Positions 56,401-64,000 of a DNA stretch of 64,000 nucleotides are shown here, piece after piece. The stretch is taken from positions 320,106,001-320,170,000 of the forward strand of contig OZ024741.1 of NCBI GenBank assembly GCA_964016885.1, in the 5' to 3' direction. Both the position numbers and the translations under genes were made by a program. This stretch comes from Eledone cirrhosa. Its lineage: Eukaryota. Positions within the stretch are counted from its first letter, which is position 1; every line of letters begins with the position of its first letter. Under the pieces are notes generated by a model. The model did not search any database. It worked only from the letters and a program-made list of their open reading frames with translations, and was not told the origin of the DNA.

Positions 56401-59400
56401 AACGCCTAGCCCCAGCACTACCACCAACACCTAGCCCCAGCACTACCACACAACACCTAGCCCAAGCACTACCACACAACACCTAGCCCCAGCACTACCA
56501 CCAACACCTAGCCCCAGCACTACCACCAACACCTAGCCCCAGCACTACCACCAACACCTAGCCCCAGCACTACCACCAACACCTAGCCCCAGCACTACCA
56601 CCAACACCTAGCCCCAGCACTACAACACAACACCTAGCCCCAGTACTACCACCAACACCTAGCCCCAGCACTACCACACAACACCTAGCCCCAGCACTAC
56701 CACCAACACCTAGCCCAGTACTACCACCAACACCTAGCCCCAGCACTACCACCAACACCTAGCCCCAGCACTACCACACAACACCTAGCCCCAGCACTAC
56801 CACCAACACCTAACCCCAGCACTAGCACACAACACCTAGCCCCAGCACTACCACACAACACCTAGCCCCAGCACTACCACACAACACCTAGCCCCAGCAC
56901 TACCACCAACACCTAGCCCCAGCACTAGCACACAACACCTAGCCCCAGCACTACCACACAACACCTAGCCCCAGCACTACCATCAACACCTAGCGCCAGC
57001 ACTACCACCAACACCTAGCCCCAGCACTACCACCAACACCTAGCCCCAGCACTACCACCAACACCTAGCCCCAGTACTACCACCAACACCTAGCCCCAGC
57101 ACTACCACCAACACCTAGCCCCAGCACTAGCACACAACACCTAGCCCCAGCACTACCACCAACACCGAGCCCCAGCACTACCACACAACACCTAGTCCCA
57201 GTACTACCACCAACACCTAGCCCCAGCACTACCAACAACAACTAGCCCCAGCACGACCATCAACACCGAGCCCCAGCACTACCACACAACACCTAGCCCC
57301 AGTACTACCCCCAACACCGAGCCCCAGCACTACCACACAACACCTAGCCCCAGTACTACCTCCAACACCTAGCCCCAGCACTACCACCAACACCTAACCC
57401 CAGCACTACCACCAACACCTAGCCCCAGCACTACCACACAACACCTAGCCCCAGTACTACCACCAACACCTAGCCCCAGCACTACCACACAACACCTAGC
57501 CCCAGCACTACCACCAACACCTAGCCCAAGCACTACCACACAACACCTAGCCCCAGCACTACCACCAACACCTAGCCCCAGCACTACCACACAACACCTA
57601 GCCCCAGCACTACAACACAACACCTAGCCCCAGCACTACCACCAACACCTAGCCCCAGCACTACCACACAACACCTAGCCCCAGCACTACCACACAACAC
57701 CTAGCCCCAGCACTACAACACAACACCTAGCCCCAGCACTACAACACAACACTTAGCCCCAGCACTACCACCAACACCTAGCCCCAAAACTACCACACAA
57801 CACCTAGCCCCAGTACTACCCCCAACACCTAGCCCCAGCACTACCACCAATACCTAGCCCCAGTACTACCACCAACACCTAGCCCCAGCACTACCACACA
57901 ACACCTAGCCCCAGTACTACCACCAACACCTAGCCCCAGCACTACCACCAACACCTAGCCCCAACACTACCACACAACACCTAGCCCCAGCACTGCAACA
58001 CAACATTTAGCCCCAGCACTACCACCAACACCTAGCCCCAGCACTACCACCAACACCAAACCCCAGCACTACCACACAACACCTAGCCCCAGCACTACCA
58101 CCAACACCAAACCCCAGCACTACCACCAACACCTAGCCCCAGCACTACCACCAACACCTAGCCCCAGCACTACCACCAACACCTAGCCCCAGCACTACCA
58201 CACAACACCTAGCCCCAGCACTACCACACAACACCTAGCCCCAGCACTACCACCAACACCTAGCCCCAGCACTACCACACAACACCTAGACCCAGCACTA
58301 CCACGCAACACCTAGCCCCAGCACTACCACACAACACTTAACCCCAGCACTACCACCAACACCTAGCCCCAGCACTACCACACAACACCTAGCCCCAGCA
58401 CTACCACACAACACCTAGCCCCAGCACTACCACACAACACCTAGCCCCAGCACTACCACACAACACCTAGCCCCAGCACTACCACCAACACCTAGCCCCA
58501 GCACTACCACACAACACCTAGCCCCAGCACTACCACACAACACCTAGCCCCAGCACTACCACCAACACCTAGCCCCAGCACTACCACACAACACCTAGAC
58601 CCAGCACTACCACACAACACCTAGCCCCAGCACTACCACACAACACTTAACCCCAGCACTACCACCAACACCTAGCCCCAGCACTACCACCAACACCTAG
58701 CCCCAGCACTACCACCAACACCTAGCCCCAGTACTACCACCAACACCTAGCCCCAGCACTACCACACAACACCTAGCCCCAGCACTACCACCAACACCTA
58801 GCCCCAGCACTACCACACAACACCTAGCCCCAGCACTACCACCAACACCTAGCCCCAGCACTACCACCAACACCTAGCCCCAGTACTACCACCAACACCT
58901 AGCCCCAGTACTACCACCAACACCTAGCCCCAGCACTACAAACAACACCTAGCCCCAGCACTACCACCAACACCTTGCCCCAGTACTACAACCAACACCT
59001 AGCCCAGCACTACAACCAACACCTAGCCCCAGCACTACCACCAACACCTAGCCCCAGTACTACAACCAACACCTAGCCCAGTACTACCACCAACACCTAG
59101 CCCCAGTACTACCACCAACACCTAGCCCCAGCACTAGCACACAACACCTAGCCCCAGCACTACCACCAACACCTAGCCCCAGCACTACCACCAACACCTA
59201 GCCCCAGCACTACCACACAACACCTAGCCCCAGCACTACCACCAACACCTAGCCCCAGCACTACCACCAACACCTAGCCCACTACTACCACACAACACCT
59301 AGCCCCAGCACTACCACACAACACCTAGCCCCAGCACTACCACCAACACCTAGCCCAGTACTACCACCAACGCCTAGCCCCAGCACTACCACCAACACCT

Positions 59401-62400
59401 AGCCCCAGCACTACCACACAACACCTAGCCCAAGCACTACCACACAACACCTAGCCCCAGCACTACCACCAACACCTAGCCCCAGCACTACCACCAACAC
59501 CTAGCCCCAGCACTACCACCAACACCTAGCCCCAGCACTACCACCAACACCTAGCCCCAGCACTACCACCAACACCTAGCCCCAGCACTACAACACAACA
59601 CCTAGCCCCAGTACTACCACCAACACCTAGCCCCAGCACTACCACACAACACCTAGCCCCAGCACTACCACCAACACCTAGCCCAGTACTACCACCAACA
59701 CCTAGCCCCAGCACTACCACCAACACCTAGCCCCAGCACTACCACACAACACCTAGCCCCAGCACTACCACCAACACCTAGCCCCAGCACTACCACACAA
59801 CACCTAGCCCCAGCACTACCACCAACACCTAGCCCCAGCACTACCACCAACACCTAGCCCACTACTACCACACAACACCTAGCCCCAGCACTACCACACA
59901 ACACCTAGCCCCAGCACTACCACCAACACCTAGCCCCAGCACTACCACCAACACCTAGCCCCAACACTACCACACAACACCTAGCCCCAGCACTACCACC
60001 AACACCTAGCCCCACCACTACCACCAACACCTAGCCCCAGCACTACCACACAACACCTAGCCCCAGCACTACCACCAACACCTAGCCCCACCACTACCAC
60101 CAACACCTAGCCCCAGCACTACCACACAACACCTAGCCCCAGCACTACCACCAACACCTAGCCCCAGCACTACCACACAACACCTAGCCCCAGCACTACC
60201 ACCAACACCTAGCCCCAGCACTACCACCAACACCTAGCCCCGGCACTACCACCAACACCTAGCCCCAGCACTACCACCAACACCTAGCCCCAGCACTACC
60301 ACCAACACCTAGCCCCAGCACTACAACCAACACCTAGCCCCAGCACTACCACCAACACCTAGCCCCGGCACTACCACCAACACCTAGCCCCACCACTACC
60401 ACCAACACCTAGCCCCAGCACTACCACACAACACCTAGCCCCAGCACTACCACCAACACCTAGCCCCAGCACTACCACCAACACCTAGCCCCTACACTAC
60501 CACCAACACCTAGCCCCACCACTACCACCAACACCTAGCCCCAGCACTACCACACAACACCTAGCCCCAGCACTACCACCAACACCTAGCCCCAGCACTA
60601 CCACCAACACCTAGCCCCAACTCTACCACCAACACCTAGCCCCAGCACTACCACCAACACCTAGCCCCAGCACTACCACCAACACCTAGCCCCAGTACTA
60701 CTACCAATACCTAGCCCCAGCACTACCACCAACACCTAGCCCCAGCACTACCACCAACACCTAGACCCAGCACTAGCACACAACACCTACCCCAGCACTA
60801 CCGCCAACACCTAGCCCAGCACTATCCCAACACCTAGCCCCAGCACTACCACCAACACCTAGCCCCAGCACTAGCACACAACACCTACCCCAGCAATACC
60901 ACCAACACCTAGCCCCAGCTCTACCACACAACACCTAGCCCCAGCACTACCACACAACACCTAGCCCCAGCACTACCACCAACACCTAGCCCCAGCACTA
61001 CCACCAACACCTAGCCCCAGCACTACCATCAACACCTAGCCCCAGCACTACCACCCAACACCTAGCCCCAGCACTACCACCAACACCTAGCCCCAGCACT
61101 ACCACACAACACCTAGCCCCAGCACTACAACACAACATTTAGCCCAAGCACTACCACCAACACCTAGCCCCAGTACTACCACCAACACCTAGCCCCAGCA
61201 CCACCACCAACACCTAGCCCCAGCACTACCACACAACACCTAGCCCCAGCACTACCATCAACACCTAGCCCCAGCACTACCACCAACACCTAGCCCCAGC
61301 ACTACCACCAACACCTAGCCCCAGCACTACCACACAACACCTAGCCCCAGCACTACCATCAACACCTACCCCAGCACTACCACCCAACACCTAGCCCCAG
61401 CACTACCACACAACACCTAGCCCCAGCACTACAACACAACACCTAGCCCCAGCACTACCACCAACACCTAGCCCCAGTACTACCACCAACACCTAGCCCC
61501 AGCACTACCTCCAACACCTAGCCCCAGCACTACCATCAACACCTAGCCCCAGCACTACCACAAACACCTAGCCCCAGCACTACCACACAACACCTAGCCC
61601 CAGTACTACCACCAACACCTAGCCCCAGCACTACCACCAACACCTAGACCCAGCACTAGCACACAACACCTACCCCAGCACTACCGCCAACACCTAGCCC
61701 CAGCACTACCCCAACACCTAGCCCCAGCACTACCACCAACACCTAGCCCCAGCACTACCACACAACACCTAGCCCCAGCACTACCACCAACACCTAGCCC
61801 CAGCACTAGCACACAACACCTACCCCAGCACTACCACCAACACCTAGCCCCAGCTCTACCACACAACACCTAGCCCCAGCACTACCACACAACACCTAGC
61901 CCCAGCACTACCACCAACACCTAGCCCCAGTACTACCACCAACACCTAGCCCCAGTACTACCACCAACACCTAGCCCCAGCACTACCACCAACACCTAGC
62001 CCCAGCACTACAACACAACACCTAGCCCCAGCCCTACCACCAACACCTAGCCCCAGCACTACCACCAACACCTATCCCCAGTACTACAACCAACACCTAG
62101 CCCCAGCACTACCACCAACACCTAGCCCCAGCACTACCACCAACACCTAGCCCCAGCACTACCACCAACACCTAGCCCCAGCACTACCACCAACACCTAG
62201 CCCCACCACTACCACCAACACCTAGCCCCAGTACTACCACCAACACCTAGCCCCAGCACTACCACCAACACCTAGCCCCAGCACTACCACCAACACCTAG
62301 CCCCACCACTACCACCAACACCTAGCCCCAGCACTACCACACAACACCTAGCCCCAGCACTACCACCAACACCTAGCCCCAGCACTACCACCAACACCTA

Positions 62401-64000
62401 GCCCCAGCACTACCACCAACACCTAGCCCCGGCACTACCACCAACACCTAGCCCCAGTACTACCACCAACACCTAGCCCCAGCACTACCACCAACACCTA
62501 GCCCCAACACTACCACCAACACCTAGCCCCAGTACTACCACCAACACCTAACCCCAGTACTACCACCAACACCTAGCCCCAGCACTACCACCAACACCTA
62601 GCCCCAGCACTACCACACAACACCTAGCCCCAGCACTACCACCAACACCTAGCCCCAACACTACCACCAACACCTAGCCCCAGTACTACCACACAACACC
62701 TAGCCCCAGCACTGCAACACAACATTTAGCCCCAGCACTACCACCAACACCTAGCCCCAGCACTACCACACAACACCTAGCCCCAGCACTACCACCAACA
62801 CCAAACCCCAGCACTACCACACAACACCTAGCCCCAGCACTACCACCAACACCAAACCCCAGCACTACCACCAACACCTAGCCCCAGCACTACCACCAAC
62901 ACCTAGCCCCAGCACTACCACCAACACCTAGCCCCAGCACTACCACACAACACCTAGCCCCAGCACTACCACACAACACCTAGCCCCAGCACTACCACCA
63001 ACACCTAGCCCCAGCACTACCACACAACACCTAGACCCAGCACTACCACGCAACACCTAGCCCCAGCACTACCACACAACACTTAACCCCAGCACTACCA
63101 CCAACACCTAGCCCCAGCACTACCACACAACACCTAGCCCCAGCACTACCACACAACACCTAGCCCCAGCACTACCACACAACACCTAGCCCCAGCACTA
63201 CCACACAACACCTAGCCCCAGCACTACCACCAACACCTAGCCCCAGCACTACCACACAACACCTAGCCCCAGCACTACCACACAACACCTAGCCCCAGCA
63301 CTACCACCAACACCTAGCCCCAGCACTACCACACAACACCTAGACCCAGCACTACCACACAACACCTAGCCCCAGCACTACCACACAACACTTAACCCCA
63401 GCACTACCACCAACACCTAGCCCCAGCACTACCACCAACACCTAGCCCCAGCACTACCACCAACACCTAGCCCCAGTACTACCACCAACACCTAGCCCCA
63501 GCACTACCACACAACACCTAGCCCCAGCACTACCACCAACACCTAGCCCCAGCACTACCACACAACACCTAGCCCCAGCACTACCACCAACACCTAGCCC
63601 CAGCACTACCACCAACACCTAGCCCCAGTACTACCACCAACACCTAGCCCCAGTACTACCACCAACACCTAGCCCCAGCACTACAAACAACACCTAGCCC
63701 CAGCACTACCACCAACACCTTGCCCCAGTACTACAACCAACACCTAGCCCAGCACTACAACCAACACCTAGCCCCAGCACTACCACCAACACCTAGCCCC
63801 AGTACTACAACCAACACCTAGCCCAGTACTACCACCAACACCTAGCCCCAGTACTACCACCAACACCTAGCCCCAGCACTAGCACACAACACCTAGCCCC
63901 AGCACTACCACCAACACCTAGCCCCAGCACTACCACCAACACCTAGCCCCAGCACTACCACACAACACCTAGCCCCAGCACTACCACCAACACCTAGCCC
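50443..64000. repeat. Minisatellite array of at least 13.5 kb, 25/26-bp units CCTAGCCCCAGCACTACCAC(C/AC)AACA
   Basis: Continuous tandem array to the window end; two interspersed length variants; higher-order duplications. Confidence 0.97.

Noticed and set aside
50360-64000. Mucin-like Pro/Thr/Ser coding repeat, or a CRISPR array
   Set aside because: Irregularly mixed 25- and 26-bp units shift frame and each contains TAG, so no long ORF exists; there are no unique spacers and the context is eukaryotic.

Overview
AT-rich, repeat-dense eukaryotic DNA, most likely an octopod cephalopod, inferred from the abundant octopus-type tRNA-derived SINE and the (TA)n load. Most ORF-track entries are microsatellite translations. 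The only host genes I can support are two minus-strand paralogues of a small secreted-looking protein I do not recognise. Gene A is complete: exon 1 at 10081-10000 (signal peptide, upstream TATA and Inr), exon 2 at 4122-3791, 137 aa. Gene B is represented by exon 2 at 43239-42896; its exon 1 was not found. They share splice phase, an Asp/His-rich patch, a conserved C-terminal helical segment (21/33 identical) and a terminal Gly. The rest is transposon-derived: several degenerate Penelope-like elements (PLEs) and about ten distinct minimal type I hammerhead ribozyme motifs, often inside inverted duplications next to (TA)n. There is also a Helitron with its empty site nearby, an internally deleted Gypsy LTR element with a 5-bp TSD, an R4/Dong-like LINE, Tx1-like 3' ends and SINE clusters. 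A 25/26-bp minisatellite of at least 13.5 kb, with about 3-kb higher-order duplications, runs to the window end.
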